64,000 nucleotides of DNA from contig NC_134033.1 of assembly GCF_964204645.1 (NCBI RefSeq), positions 10,548,655 through 10,612,654 of the forward strand, written 5' to 3'. The notes under the pieces are model-generated. The model ran no database searches. It was not told the origin of the DNA and was given only the letters and a program-made list of their open reading frames with translations. This document shows, piece after piece, positions 13,476-26,745 of the stretch. Source of the stretch: Tubulanus polymorphus. Its lineage: Eukaryota; Animalia; Nemertea. Position numbers and translations under genes: made by a program. The stretch's first letter is position 1. The number at the start of each line of letters is the position of its first letter.

Positions 13476-14343
13476 TACGTATTAACCTTTAGAAAAGCCT
13501 GATGCGGAGAGTTGTGTTGGAGCCGTGATGGTGTCGAATCAGTACCGCGTAGATTATACGGTCACTGGGTTCGAAAATGTCACCAACAGATTTTCGGTGG
13601 CTACCCTCCCGTCAGAGACACATGTGACATTCGAGTTCTACCAGGGCATAGCAGTAGCTTTTTTGGATGAATTAGGAGTCAATGGAAGACAAGTGTTTAT
13701 GGGGAGAGTGACGCTAATTAGAAAATACAGTGACTCTCACTCCGCCTACTGCTGTTTTTCCATTGACTTTACTAATCTACCCGACGAAGCTCCTCGGTAC
13801 AAAGGTAGCAAAATCTCCAGATTTCCGATAAAATCAGTAAGCCTACAGATAACTACCTGTTTACTCATTTACCCGATGAAGCTACTTTAAACTAGCAGTG
13901 AAAACTCGTGAAATCAGACACAGTACTACACCCGTTTACTCATTTACCTAAAGACTACTAGAGTAGCGAAAGGTAGGCTAAATGAGTAAGCCTAAAGTCA
14001 ATGGAGGATCAACATTATTTATAGACAGATAGAGAGTGGTTCTTGTTTGCGTGTTGTGTGCGAAATGTATGTTGACGGTTGGTTTCGTTGCTATTGCGTG
14101 AACATATGTCGAATTACAAACAGCAAGAGCGCATTGTTCTGGAAACAATAGGTAAACATTCCGAACAGGTTTAAATTCTAGATTTAAAGCGTCATAAAAT
14201 TCATAGGACTGCAGTGACTGGAATCGTGTACGGTGAATGAAAGCGCTTAGAAACATCGCTTACAAATCAAACCGGTCTCCCAGCTCACAAAAAATGCACC
14301 TAACTCAATTGGAATTCACAAGAAATTTCAGGTTATCCAAGTA

Positions 14344-14377
14344 AACCGGAAGTAAACGCAAAAGCGCCATCTACTCG
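14344..14377 (-). promoter_or_regulatory. ETS motif (ACCGGAAGT, + strand) next to a CTCF-like motif (- strand)
   Basis: AACCGGAAGT at 14344-14353; AGCGCCATCTACTCG (rc CGAGTAGATGGCGCT) at 14363-14377. Confidence 0.3.
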
Positions 14378-14789
14378 CGTGAGAAGACTTTTGGATGGTT
14401 TTTGTAATTTCCACGTACATAAAATATAGACCCGCGATAATTGTACACGAAGTAATGAAGATTACATCCAAAAAGTGCTATTTCCGTGTATATATATTAA
14501 TCTGCGTGGTGGATCGGACTCGCTCGATACAGGCTATATACATAACGCACAGGCACTGAAGTAACAAGGAGTTCCAGACACGTCAAAAATCAATAACGGA
14601 AAAACTATCGACCCTAAAATCAATAAACATTATGATCATTATAATAAGCCATCGCTAATCAGCTCTATTTTTAGTTCAGAACTTCAGATTTACGGAACTG
14701 ACAACTTCCGAATCGAACACCGCTGCACAGTATGTACGGTATCAATCCCCCACATCATCCAGCCTACACGGTCGCCTGCACCCACCCGC

Positions 14790-15075
14790 TTTAAGACCCT
14801 TGATCCCCAGAGCCCCACCTCGGCCCTGCACCCTTCAACCTCGCAGCCCGGGACCCTGCACCCTCCCGCCTTGAGACCCTTGATCTTGAGCTCGACCTCC
14901 TGCATCTTTCAACCCCTCAGCCCGGGACCCTGCACCCTCCCGCCTTGAGACCCTTGATCTCGAGCTCAACCTCCTATACCCTTCAATCCCTCGGCCCGGG
15001 ACCCTGCATCCTCTCTCCTTGAGACCCTTGATCTTGAGCTCGACCTCGGCCCTGCAATCGTCTGGGATCCTGCAC
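14790..15075. repeat. 74-bp GC-rich tandem repeat, ~3.5 copies
   Basis: TTGAGACCCTTGATC at 14871, 14945 and 15019 (exact 74-bp period). Confidence 0.9.
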
Positions 15076-17479
15076 CCGTTAGGTAGGTGGCGAAATGAAA
15101 AATTTGGGGCTATTAACATTTCTGATGTTTTTGTAGTGTACTTAGGTCAATTCATAACGTCACCACCGATGACCCCGACGACATTGACCGGAAATAGATT
15201 CGTTGACAAGATTTCACTGGACAAACAGCTAACTAGCTGTCTCTCGGACCTGGGTACACTGCACCAGCACTACCGGAGTTATGATATGACGCCAGTACAC
15301 ATATCACCCCAATTTGTGATGTCAGTTATCACTCATTAGCGCCGACCAGAACTCCAACACGGGATCATTATCAGCGTGAAGACTTTGTTAATAAACAGTA
15401 TCACCTTTCGATTGGTGCTCATGAGTTGGTTAATAACGGTACCACGTAGTTCATTAGATTGGTTTCTTTCGGCCATTAGCGACGTTATAACGAACTCCGG
15501 TGGTCATTAACCGCGACTAGACTCGCGCGATACTGTCTAGTTTCGTGGAGACGGTTATATTTTATGTCGGTATAATTTGTACTTGGCCCTCGACATGAAA
15601 TATAGTTATGTTCGCTTATTATAACGCGTTAGCGCGGCCGATATTATCAAATACCGGAGATATATGAAAGATTAGCTATTGCTGCTGCCTGCCTCGCCTG
15701 CTCGCTTGCCTCGTGCCTGCTATGAATTCATCATAGCAAACTAATCATTAGTCTGTGCAACTTGCGTAGTTCTTGATCATTATGTAGGCCTACCGATCAC
15801 CCATCCCACCCGTTTGTACGTCCCAATTATGCTGCTTAAAAAACTGGTTGTCAAGTTTTCACCAGGTCTTCCGTTCACGGACACGAGACTTTTTCATTTT
15901 AAGAATTACAGTTGGTTCATCATTACCCGGAGAAATGCATGGAAAATCAGATATCCCAGTCACTTGTCAAATACTAAAGTGATTTCCTATGGGTATATAC
16001 AGCACATATCCTGAGGGGGTACGACAGCAGATTGTCTGAGGGTGCAGGGTACAGACAGCAGATTGATATATTTGAAGCCGCGACAGGTAAATGTTTTATG
16101 TAGTATTTCACTGCGCCTACGCTATCCAATATCTTTCAGTATCCACTAGATCAACATATATTTGAAATCCAAAACTAGGACATAAACCACTTCATTCGTC
16201 GGCGGCCATTTTGTGCCGTGAAGTCGTCACTCAAATATCCAACAAAAACAAAAAAATCGTTTGCAAACAAACAGCGAAATTGCGTATATACACTATGCAT
16301 ACTCGGCGTAATTACGGGACTCGAAACCGTTCGAGTGGCTGAATATATGAATGGGTTTTTTTCAAAAACCAAATATAATGAACACTCGAACCGATGTCGA
16401 GACGGAAAAAAGAGCGCGTTTCGGTATTCGACATTCGATTCGAGTCTCCTTCTCTCAAAAAACCGTGCGTATACGCGACTATGCGATAGCTATATACGTG
16501 GCGTCGTATTCAAGAGTGTAAATTTTACTCGTTAATCAAATTATGCAAATCGACTCCAATCAACTTTAAAGTAGTTTGAATTGTCTCCGCCGCGTGCCAT
16601 ATTACATATTACACATAACTATAGCCAGCTCTAGGGGTGGACTCAGGGGCGCCAACTTTGACAAGAAATTAAAATGGCAAGTTAAGTATCCACCTAGCCA
16701 AAACAAGGAACGGAAAAATTCCATTTTGTAATACAATTTCTAGGCACTTGAGAGACATTGAAGGGAATATAAGCTAAATCTCGAGCGCAACGGACTGCTG
16801 TCTTATTAGTTGTGGGTGGAATAATTTTACATTTGAAGACTGCTCCACATTGAATCAGACGAGAAGATTAGGTAAGAATTGGATCTTCGGTTATCAAGGA
16901 ATAGATCACCACGAGGTTCGTTGTAACGAGGATCAACATAATCAAATTTTGACCGGAAGTAAAAACGTTTCTCGTCCCGGTGAAATGCCGCCGATAAATT
17001 CCACATGGGTTTTCAAAAGCTGTGACGGGATTTGTTTAAATTCCCGTTAACTGTACAAGTTGGAACGTGCGAAAACCGACCCGAAATACAAACACATATT
17101 CAGAGTTTAAATAGCAGAAATATTTACGTTTAAAGTGAAACGGTTTTGACGTGAGAATAATTTATTTAGATTCTACATATCAGGGCGTTCTGACCCGGAC
17201 GGATGACGTCATCATCTGTAAGGTCTGCGTCTGATATACAGCAGCAGCAGTAACAGCAGCCGCAGCAGCATCACCACCAGCAGCAGTACCAGTGAATAGA
17301 CGGCAAATTAATTGTTTTGGATGATTTGGGAATTTCCAAAACGACAGAAGATTTCTACATTAATTTCAAGTGGAATCCTACGGGAGATTCGTTGATTGAA
17401 AATAAAGCGATCGACGTCTCTCCTTCTCGCTCGCACTCAGACTCTTTCTCGACCTCGAGTCAGCAGGCGTATATCTCTC

Positions 17480-17740
17480 TTACAGTACTCCTCTCTCCTA
17501 TAATAACTTCTCTCTCCCCGTTATCCTCTCCTGTATCTCTCCTATCCTCTACCATCCTCTCTCTCCTTTCTCCTCTTCTCTGCCTTCTGTCTCTCTCCTC
17601 TCCTCTTCAATCCTCTCTTTCCTCTTATATCTCTCTCCCCTCTCTCCTCTTCTTCTTCTCTGCCCTCTTCTTCTCCTTCGTCTATCCTTTCTCTCTGTCT
17701 CCCACTCTCTTCTCTCTCTCCTTTCTCTCTCCCTCACCCG
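17480..17740. repeat. CT-rich low-complexity tract
   Basis: Polypyrimidine run; explains ORF 17317-17862. Confidence 0.85.
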
Positions 17741-18443
17741 TCTCGTGGTCGACCACAGGTCAGCATCTCTCGTGCCTCCCTTACAGAGCCCATCCTATCC
17801 CCTGCATCCATGCCCCCAACCTAGGGTATGTAGCACGTGTCGAGGTAAGCGAGGATATTTAGTTGGTGTGGTGAATCAGTCTCTCACGAACCTGGCCAGT
17901 TCGCGTGACGTTGGGTTGCGTTTTCGTGGTGGTAAATATTATGATTGTTCGGTGATGTAGCGGTAATAAATTAGATTCATCAGTGGTTTACGTTGAAGTG
18001 AAACGGTTTTGACGTGACAATAATGAACGCAGGCGATACACGAGAACGAGGCTACGAGACGTCTCTATCGCCGGCAGCAGCAGCGGTATAGTGTCTGGTG
18101 GACGAAAAATACAAACCGCGTTGAAGGAATATACCTGACGACACCGGGACCCTTCTTGAGGGTAGATCCCGACTGGGTGACAGGGAAAGTAAATCCTAAA
18201 TTTGACCCGGTTTCATAGCTAAATATAAAAGATGTTCTTGTGTACTGATTTCCTTGGCTTTTAAACAACAAAGGGTCCACTTTCGTATGCTGCGATTCGA
18301 AACCATTTCGTTCTTAATCAAGTCAATGATTTGTTGTTACAGTGCTGTTTAGATGCTTCTGTGGACATTTCGGCGTATGGGTTTCTGCACAGATTGCATA
18401 GGTGTTATTAAGATGAGAAAAACGATTTGCAAACGGTAACGGC

Positions 18444-18516
18444 AGGCTCTGCTGGGACTCGAACCCAGGATCTCCTGGTTACCAGACAGACGGTTTGACC
18501 GCATAGCCACAGAACC
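18444..18516 (-). pseudogene. tRNA-Thr-like pseudogene (anticodon position reads GGT)
   Basis: rc GGTTCTGTGGCTATGCGGTCAAACCGTCTGTCTGGTAACCAGGAGATCCTGGGTTCGAGTCCCAGCAGAGCCT (73 nt). Intact acceptor stem GGTTCTG/CAGAGCC and T-arm; closely resembles metazoan tRNA-Thr(AGT). D-stem disrupted; T:C mismatch in the anticodon stem. Confidence 0.75.
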
Positions 18517-18749
18517 TCACATGTCAAGATGTCTGGAGACATTATACTGTAACAGGTGTACGGTGGACTCGATTCAGGACGACCAGGTCCGAATCACTCG
18601 AAAGACGATCGAAATAGCATAAGGAAAACGAATTGATGAATTTTGAAGCGCCGTGGGGCACAGTTTCATAAAGAAAGTTTTATCTTGAAACGGAATTAAA
18701 TTTGAATTGTTAATGTTACGTAACCTACAGCACAGATCTCCACATATCA

Positions 18750-19050
18750 TGATATCAGGATATAGTCGAAACGTTGAATAAACTACTAGCTCGAGGAAAT
18801 ATTTTCTGACTCATCGTTTTTTTTTTGTTTTGTATTGCGGGATTCATTTCAGACCCTTTTCATATCTAGTGTTTTACATTATCTTTACAACTCGGACACT
18901 GAGTGTTTCATCAATTGTTATGATGAGGACAACATCAGTATTCTTGGAGATGGCTTTCAGGGCATACGTAATCGTAACGGTGAAATAAACTACTTCAACT
19001 ATTAACTCAATGAAAACTATTCGGACTCCTTCCTTTTTTGTCTTTTGGGG
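18750..19050 (+). mobile_element. Degenerate ~1.5-unit array of the hammerhead repeat family
   Basis: GGATATAGTCGAAACGTTGAATAAACTACTAGCTC...GAGTGTTTCATCAATTGTTATGATGAGGACAACATCAGTATTC is near-identical to the 40.4-40.56 kb unit. Confidence 0.8.
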
Positions 19051-19949
19051 ATTTTACCGTTTCTTCGTTTCGACGCGTAGTCATTTAGATATGCAATTAG
19101 AACAAATTGAAAATTTGGGGTGTTACTTCGCGAAAACATTTGCCGCGATGTTTCCCGACTTTTTTGCGTGAAAGCGGACCCTTCTTGCGCGGTGATATTT
19201 TTCTGGGACGAGGTAGGACTGAATGGAAATCACAAAGGACATCGTTGATTTTTAGTTTGTCAAAGCTGTAGAGACTTTTCAGTGAATTACTGTTAGAAAT
19301 CAATAAGTAACTCTCCCTCGTTATCTAAGTGCGCTTGGCGGCCACTTAACATCTGTCGGTTGTGCAAAATCAATAGCCATTGAACCGGTATGACTGGAGT
19401 ATATCTCACTACCGTCAAGACAATGATCGTCCAGTGTTATGCAAATCTGTTTCGATGATGTTTATGATCGGATGAATGAAGTCGATGTATATTGGCGAAT
19501 TAGCGTTTGGCTTAATTTCACTATTTCGATTGTCGTTTAGAGTCATGTCGACTAAATCTAATAAATTGCGGTCTTCGTATCTAATGACGAGACCTAATAG
19601 GAGCCCTATACCGCTAAATGAATGTTCCCCGAAGCGCCGTAAGTGCGGGACTCAGTGCCGGGAATCTCAACGCGCGCGCACCGGCTTCAACGCTAACCAC
19701 GTATCTATCTAGAAATCAGTAATTGCTTAGTCAACACGGTTACAACAGTTTATGATGCTCAGTAATGAGTAGAGCTTGCTGATCGGTTTGTCACTGAAAT
19801 ACGTTTCCTTGCGAAGTGGTGACAGTTTGAGTGACTGTTGAGGGAGAAAGGGGTCCACTGCGCATTGCCGATACCTTCATCGTGGACGTCCCGAACGATA
19901 TCATAAGGCATGCATCACTTGCATTCTCTTAGCAGCTATCTGAATAAAA

Positions 19950-20445
19950 TGTCTGGAGCCAGTTCCACAGTTTTGAACCAATTCCATTATCCTGGACCCG
20001 GTTTCACAGTTCAGGACCCAGTTATACAGTTGTGACTCCAATTCAACATTTATTGACCATTCCACAGTTATAAACCCAGTTCCATAGTGTGGATCCAGTT
20101 CCATAGTTCTGGACCAGTTCCACAGTTCTGGATCTAGTTCCACAGTTCTTGACCCAGTTCCACAGTTCCGGACACAGTTCCACAGTTCTTAACCCACTTC
20201 TACAGTTCCACAGATCTGGATCTAGTTCCACAGTTCTTGACCCAGTTCCACAGTTCCGGACACAGTTCCACAGTTCTAACCCACTTCTACAGTTCCACAG
20301 ATCTGGATCTAGTTCCACAGTTCTTGGCCCAGCAGTTCCACAGTTGCGGATCCAGTTCCACATTTCTGGACCTAGTTCCACATTTCTGGACCAGTTCCAC
20401 AGTTCCTGACACAGTTCCACAGATCTGGAACTCGTTCCACAGTAA
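19950..20445. repeat. ~20-bp minisatellite (CCAGTTCCACAGTTCTGGA)n with higher-order structure
   Basis: More than 20 copies of CAGTTCCACAG; reverse complement of the 56.8-57.3 kb array. Confidence 0.95.
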
Positions 20446-22559
20446 CCTCAGTTCATTTACGCTGTATTCCTAAATTGAAACCGTGCCATGTGGAACTTGA
20501 TGCTGCGCCACAACGGGGGCTCATGCCCAGCCATTTGGGCGACTTTATTGTTCTCAAGAAAAGTTGCTTCAAACTTTAGTTTGTAAATTCATCTTATTGT
20601 TAGGTGAAACTGGACCCCAGATAGTATGTACAAGAGGATAGTAGCTCCTTTAATTAGGTCTGAAGAATGATGCCCTTTCCGGAGATGAATGAGGCTCAAA
20701 TGTCCGCTTTGATGAAGACCGAAAATAACGATGGTCAAAAATCCGGCGAAAGCTCTTTAGTCGAATTACAAACGACTTATAACTAATGTTGGATGTTTGA
20801 GAGTCGAATGAACATCAAAGACGCGTTTCAATGAATAATTGATTGTCTAACGAACGAAAACTGGACATACGGATGTAAAGAGGCAATGTGATATACCCGA
20901 AACCCCACTAGGGAGAGGAGAAAGAGGGTCGTCATCTGACGGAATTATACGCCTTTTACGCGGAGTAAGAATATCATAGATACCATAGTTAATTGATCAA
21001 AAGAAGAAAAACTTGCGAATGAAAATGTCTTTAAAAAACTCTTTGGTTGATTATTTTCTTTTCCCGAATGCAAAGTTCTGAATTTTTCTTCCACTTCTAC
21101 GGTTTCTGTTCAGTTTGAAAAGGGTCGAAATCATAGTTAGCGATGTCTCAATACCATAATCAAGTATTAACTGGCGGGGGCTATAAAACTGTGGTGCTGG
21201 ATATGTTTATAGGACTATGTGCCTTGTATTTTAACAAACTTTCAACCGCTGTATCTGAATACCCCAGTCCCTCAAAAGTTGATAGAATCTTACTGGGGGA
21301 CAAACACCATGATTAAGGTGTGATTTCAATTGTTAATAAAAGCAATCACATCTTAAAAACATATTTTTATGAACTCTTAAAACCCATCATATTCAACCTC
21401 GTGGTTGGCCGCACTTTTATCAATGTTTAATGTAAATGCCTAAGGTACTATTTTATTGAATAAGGCACCAAATATGGTAAAGAATGATGATTACGGTGAT
21501 GGTAAGGCATCAAATAAGGGATCATTTTCATTCATCAGGTACTTTTTACCAACTTTAAATGGACGGTAGTCTCAAGTAGCGATAGTTTCGTGAATAAGAT
21601 AAAGCTTGAAACGGTTAAGTTTGTAATTGAAAACATCAACTGCAATTAAACCAAACAATTTAGAGGAAAAAGTAGCGAATGAAAATATCCTAAAACTTTT
21701 GGTTGTTACTTGTAAGTTGAAAGTCTTAGTTTATTTTTTTTTTCGTAAAACAGGGACCGTCCTGGATTCTATCCACGTTTATCGTAAGTTGTGACTCCGT
21801 CTTAATCACGCGAATTTGTCTCGTATTTTGTTTTCTCGCGAGTTCGGGCGATTAAGCCGTGTGTCTCCGACGACAGAGCTCTGTGTGTGTCTTATAAGTG
21901 TTTAACAGATATCTTACACACCGCAATCACACCGTGTACGAGCCTACCGAGCTGCTCGTCGATCGCGTTGTTTCAAGACAGATTACACTGATTACTTCTT
22001 CCAGTCACGTTCGTGCGTTTAGTCGGTGATTTCTGTTTCTGTAGTCAAACATCTCTCCCATCACCGCCGCCGTCTCCGTCGCCGCCGCCGCCGCCGCCAT
22101 CGTGAGTCGATGTTAACAATTCATTACCGAGCGGTGATCAAACACACACACACACAATCGCTTAAAACAATGATGATGCATTCCTACTCACTCGGCTGAT
22201 GATGATCACACGACGCCACTCTGGTGGGAAATGTCATTTATTAGACTATTAACGGGCTAACCGGTGGCAGTGTTTAACTGCAGGCGTTTGACAGGCAGAT
22301 GAGATATTTAAGCTACAGAGAGTGATTTTCGCCGAGAAGGTGTTTGTTTCTGGTAGATTGCAGGTGTTTCGACTTAGCACGGATGCGATTAAAGGGGCTC
22401 AAATTGCTGGCGGGCATTCGGTGTAACAAAAAGTGTCATCAATTTTAAGAAAACATATCCAGATAATGAAGACTAGCGAGATAGAGAGAGAAGGGGATGA
22501 TTGAAGAAAGACGGAGAGGGAGATGGAGAGGGAGGGGAACTTACCACTGATCTGAGAAC

Positions 22560-22735
22560 AGCAACCATTAAGATAATCTGATGTATTCTAAGGATACGTC
22601 AATATGATAAGGATATTCCGTTATCTATGGACAATACGATATTTCAAGGATATATATCCGATATATTCTAAGGTTAATCCGATATTCTTAAGTTAATCCG
22701 TGTATTCTAAGGATAATCTGGTTATTCTAATCCAT
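22560..22735. repeat. Degenerate ~20-bp tandem repeat (GATATTCTAAGGATAATCC)
   Basis: TATTCTAAGG recurs at a ~20-bp period. Confidence 0.7.
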
Positions 22736-23869
22736 GAAGAAATTTTTTGAAAATTTTATACCTGACACACACTGATGGTGGGCACATGTATATCCACTTT
22801 AAATCCACATTAGATCCACACAACTAGATGTATCAGATCATGTATCATTCCACGAGATATTCATACGGTATTCCACTTCGTATCATTTCCATTTCACGAA
22901 AGCCAAAATATTTTATCCATAGCACACCTAACGCATTGATCGGTGTATATAGATATATATTTCATTTTCGTTTTGCAATGCATCACTCATTCCAAACGTT
23001 GAACGAATTTTCTTTATCATTCCCAACATGTTTCTATACGTCGCTGTTACAGTAATCACCTCAGTTACGATAAGCGACTCGATGTTTACATTTTCATGGC
23101 TTAAGATTCAGAACATATTTCACAAACTTAGTCAAATGATATTTCCACGAAAACAACACGATATGCATCACACAGAAGGTTTTAAAATCCTGACGCTACA
23201 GTAGTACACGTGTACACAGCTAGCAGGTCATCTACCAAATTTACAAATCCCTCATTTACAGATATCGGTGACATGGATGTTTTATTTTCAGATAAGGCAT
23301 TTGCAGTATCTGCTGGAACTGTGTTAACTCTACCAATGCTCATACAGTACTGAACCCACCCTTGTAAAGATCCCCACAGCTTCATAAACCTCTATCAGAA
23401 AGCCTTTGTGGGTGAACAAGTAAAGATTGTATACCAACATAATCAGCCATTGAACGGAATTGTATGCCTTTTCAACAGCTTTTCATGTAAGCCATCGAAC
23501 GGGACTGCAGTATATTATCTATCTCCAGTACGGTTACTGAGTTTCAGACAATAAGCTTTTCGATCTGGACCCATTCATATGCTCGGGGTATATTTGACGT
23601 TCTGCGAGTCGTTGTTGGTTGTGTGTGTTGTGTCGGAAAGCGAATACAATTCTAAAGGTCTCGTCGACGCCGTCACTTCAATCTATTCACGCGATAATAC
23701 GGCGTCTGATACCACGTTATTATCATGCATGCGCGATTATGTTGGCTTTGCTGCTGCAGCGCGAAGACGGAAGAATATTTTTTGAGTGACGGATGAAAAT
23801 ACACGCTCGCGCACTCACTCGCTCGCGATGAGGATTTCTCTCAAAGGAACGAAATCGAAAGAAAGCAAT

Positions 23870-24265
23870 CGCGCGATGTCGTATCAAAGGCGTTTGCGAT
23901 ATCTACGAAATTCTGCTTGTCAACGACGTCCGAGTGATGTACAGCAGTTATATGGAATATAACGTTCGAGTCATCCTGTCAAACACCTTCACGTTATCTA
24001 CAACGTTTGCTCAAGTTCGAGCGATAGTAAATTATATAATCGTATCAAGTGCCTTCACGATATCTACGAGGTTGGCTCGGTGAATAGAAATTAAAAGAAA
24101 TAAATTAGATCGAATCGAATGTCTTTACGATGTCCACAAGGCTGGCCCATGTCCGAGCAATGGAAACTCATATATCAATCGTATCAAACGACTTTACAAT
24201 AATGAATAGAACGATTTATAGAAATAAGTATGATCGTATCAAACGCCTTGGCGATATCGACAAAC
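23870..24265. repeat. Degenerate tandem repeat (TCGTATCAAACGCCTTTACGATATCTAC core), ~60-80 bp period
   Basis: Core recurs about 6 times; a solitary copy at ~47514. Confidence 0.7.
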
Positions 24266-25036
24266 CATGACCAGCGTCCACGAAAGTACATTGGTTAAAT
24301 CAGGGAAGTGTGATCACACTTCCCTGGTTAAATGAATGACGATATGGCAGAGACTTTTGGACAGTGACGGACAAGCAGCATTTAAACCAAATGATTGTGT
24401 TTGTAAACCAATTTGAAACCAATTCGAAAAAGCATATGGCTTGATTGGTTCGTGGGCTCGTGAGAGACGTTCTTTGAAGACAGTAACAGATAAAAAGGGT
24501 GAGTAGCACGTTATAGGTTAACTTGTTTATTGGAAGTACGAGCTTTCTCTGCTAATATGGTGTATCGTAACATCACCAGGCGAATGGAACATACAGGGAC
24601 AGGAAATCCTATAAAAGAGAGCTAGTACGGTGCAGATGAACGAGGAGAGAAGGTTGAAATAGGGGCCTATCTCCAATACGCAGGTCTATACGAGAGAGAG
24701 TGTGGTGGACAGACAGCAAGAAAGTTGAAATAGGAGCCTATCGCGGAAGATGAGCCGATAAATGATATGATATATCGATTGATTACGGCGGACTCTGCCG
24801 CTGATATATTGTATTTCAGCTGGAGATGAATGAAAAGAAACTCGTTTTTCGATGCGTTTACTGCGAGCCGGAGATAAATTAGTGTCGACAATAGGCGACT
24901 GATGAACCGAGGGGTTGAGGATACTTCACCGCCGCCGCGGCAGGCTGTAGATTTACTGTGTCTCAAACAGGATGAGGTGAAGGCCGTGCTATATCTGCAG
25001 ACGACAGGACCAGCAGCAGATACAGTCACGTGACGT

Positions 25037-25062
25037 GCTGCTGCTGCTGCTGCTGCTGCTGC
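25037..25062. repeat. (GCT)n microsatellite
   Basis: Direct reading; explains the poly-Ala in ORF 24667-25092. Confidence 0.9.
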
Positions 25063-25276
25063 AGGAGGCGCATTATTTACGTGTCTCAGCATGAATTATT
25101 TACACCGAATAGCCATCCACCCTACAACTACCCCCTCTGTATGACAAATTCATGATTTCAGAGTATTTTGCAAGAAAATAAATCTAAAACTTTAAATTTC
25201 TCATCAGTATCCTAAAATTTCTTCAGATGACCGTTGTGGGCTAAATTCGAGACTTTGGGGTGAATAAGATTCCCTT

Positions 25277-25292
25277 CCAGTAGGGGGCGCTG
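25277..25292 (+). promoter_or_regulatory. CTCF-consensus motif
   Basis: CCAGTAGGGGGCGCTG, near-perfect match to the canonical CTCF core. Confidence 0.55.
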
Positions 25293-26187
25293 TGAGTAGT
25301 CTATTGGTCTACTCGGTGTAGTGATAATAAACCCCTGCACGCGAACCCCCTGTGGTGTATGTATGTAACCTACGATCTGCGTTGTTCATTCGAAGATCTT
25401 CAAATGTCATCGTCATATTTCATCGTCCTGAACATCCAGGGTTCGAGTCCCGTCGGGGTATACATTTTACAGCGCGAATCGCCGACGGTCATCCGTTGTT
25501 CTTGTTAAGTTCCGTAGATACGTCACTTTTCCTTCCTGGAAAACTCGTCCGTCGGTTGCCGCGTGTTGACAGTATTTCTCCGTTGCGGTCGTCTGTAGCC
25601 GGCGGTGATTACTCGTTGCAAGGGAGCAGCGAGCGACGCGGGCAGACGACGATGATTCCCGCGTATTTGCATATAACATTGTCAGTTATTTGTTTTAGAT
25701 AATTACACGTGTTGTATTAACACCTAGCGTGCAAACGTTCTGTCATGCAAGGGAAATAAACACCATTTCAAGAGCAAACATACACGAGTTCTCAGTCGAC
25801 TGCAGCCAGTCACCGCCGCCGGACAACCGCGCCGTACCGCGCATTGGCTTGTACTGAGAAATACACTTGGGTTAACACAGATATTTGGGCAACGTTCATC
25901 AAAAGCCGATTGAATTTAAAATGGATATCGTTGAAATATTGTCGCTATGTCAATTATTGAACTGGTTAACATAAACAGCCACTAGTACATAAACACAGGA
26001 CCTTACTAAACCCGACTCCTCCCTCCGTTACGGCTGTAGCAGCGACCCTTAGCCACTGAACCATTTTGAATTCCTCACTGTCAATTGTCAAAGTTATTTC
26101 AGTGGTAAAACGGGGCCCTAATTATCCACAGAAAAACGGGACCTTACTGGTAGAATAGCCACAATCAAATGTGGATAGAAAACGATA

Positions 26188-26324
26188 TGATAAAACCCCA
26201 CTATTTACAGATTAGAAGTATTAAACCTTTAATTTAGTGAAACAAAAAATGCATTAATCAATAATAGATTCAATAAATTATCGGTTTCTAATTCTTTTAA
26301 TCTGTAAATAATGGGTTTTTATCA
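26188..26324. mobile_element. AT-rich fold-back element (MITE-like palindrome)
   Basis: TGATAAAACCCCACTATTTACAGATTA / TAATCTGTAAATAATGGGTTTTTATCA inverted ends; pairing continues imperfectly inward. Confidence 0.7.
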
Positions 26325-26688
26325 CAGAGCATCACAAAATCCAACCTCTCTCCCCCTCACAGCTGTAGCGATCCCTAGCCAATGGATATTTTTGAACCCC
26401 TAACCCCTCATCACAGCTGGGCCGGAAATCAGTCACACGAACAGGAACCTTAGAACCTTGTTGAACCCCCTCTCTATCCCTGTCGCAGCTGCAGTCGAAG
26501 AACACTGTGACACAACACCGCCGTTACGCTGTTACGAACAACTTGAGCACAAGAAGCGTGAGACTCATTGAAGCGAAAACCTTTTACTAATCAGTATCGA
26601 TATTAACAGCAAGGTTCGAGAAAGGCTTCACGCGACTTTAACAAAGCATTGTTTCTCACTATAACACTGAGAACAGGGAGAATCTAAC

Positions 26689-26691
26689 CAG

Positions 26692-26722
<31 letters not shown>

Positions 26723-26745
26723 AGTCAGTCAGTCAGTCACAGTCA
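26689..26745. repeat. (CAG)n followed by (AGTC)n microsatellites
   Basis: Direct reading. Confidence 0.9.

Noticed and set aside
19901-20473. Repetitive WNC/VEL ORFs (also 56708-57488) as repeat proteins
   Set aside because: Translations of non-triplet-period minisatellites that are open in several frames.
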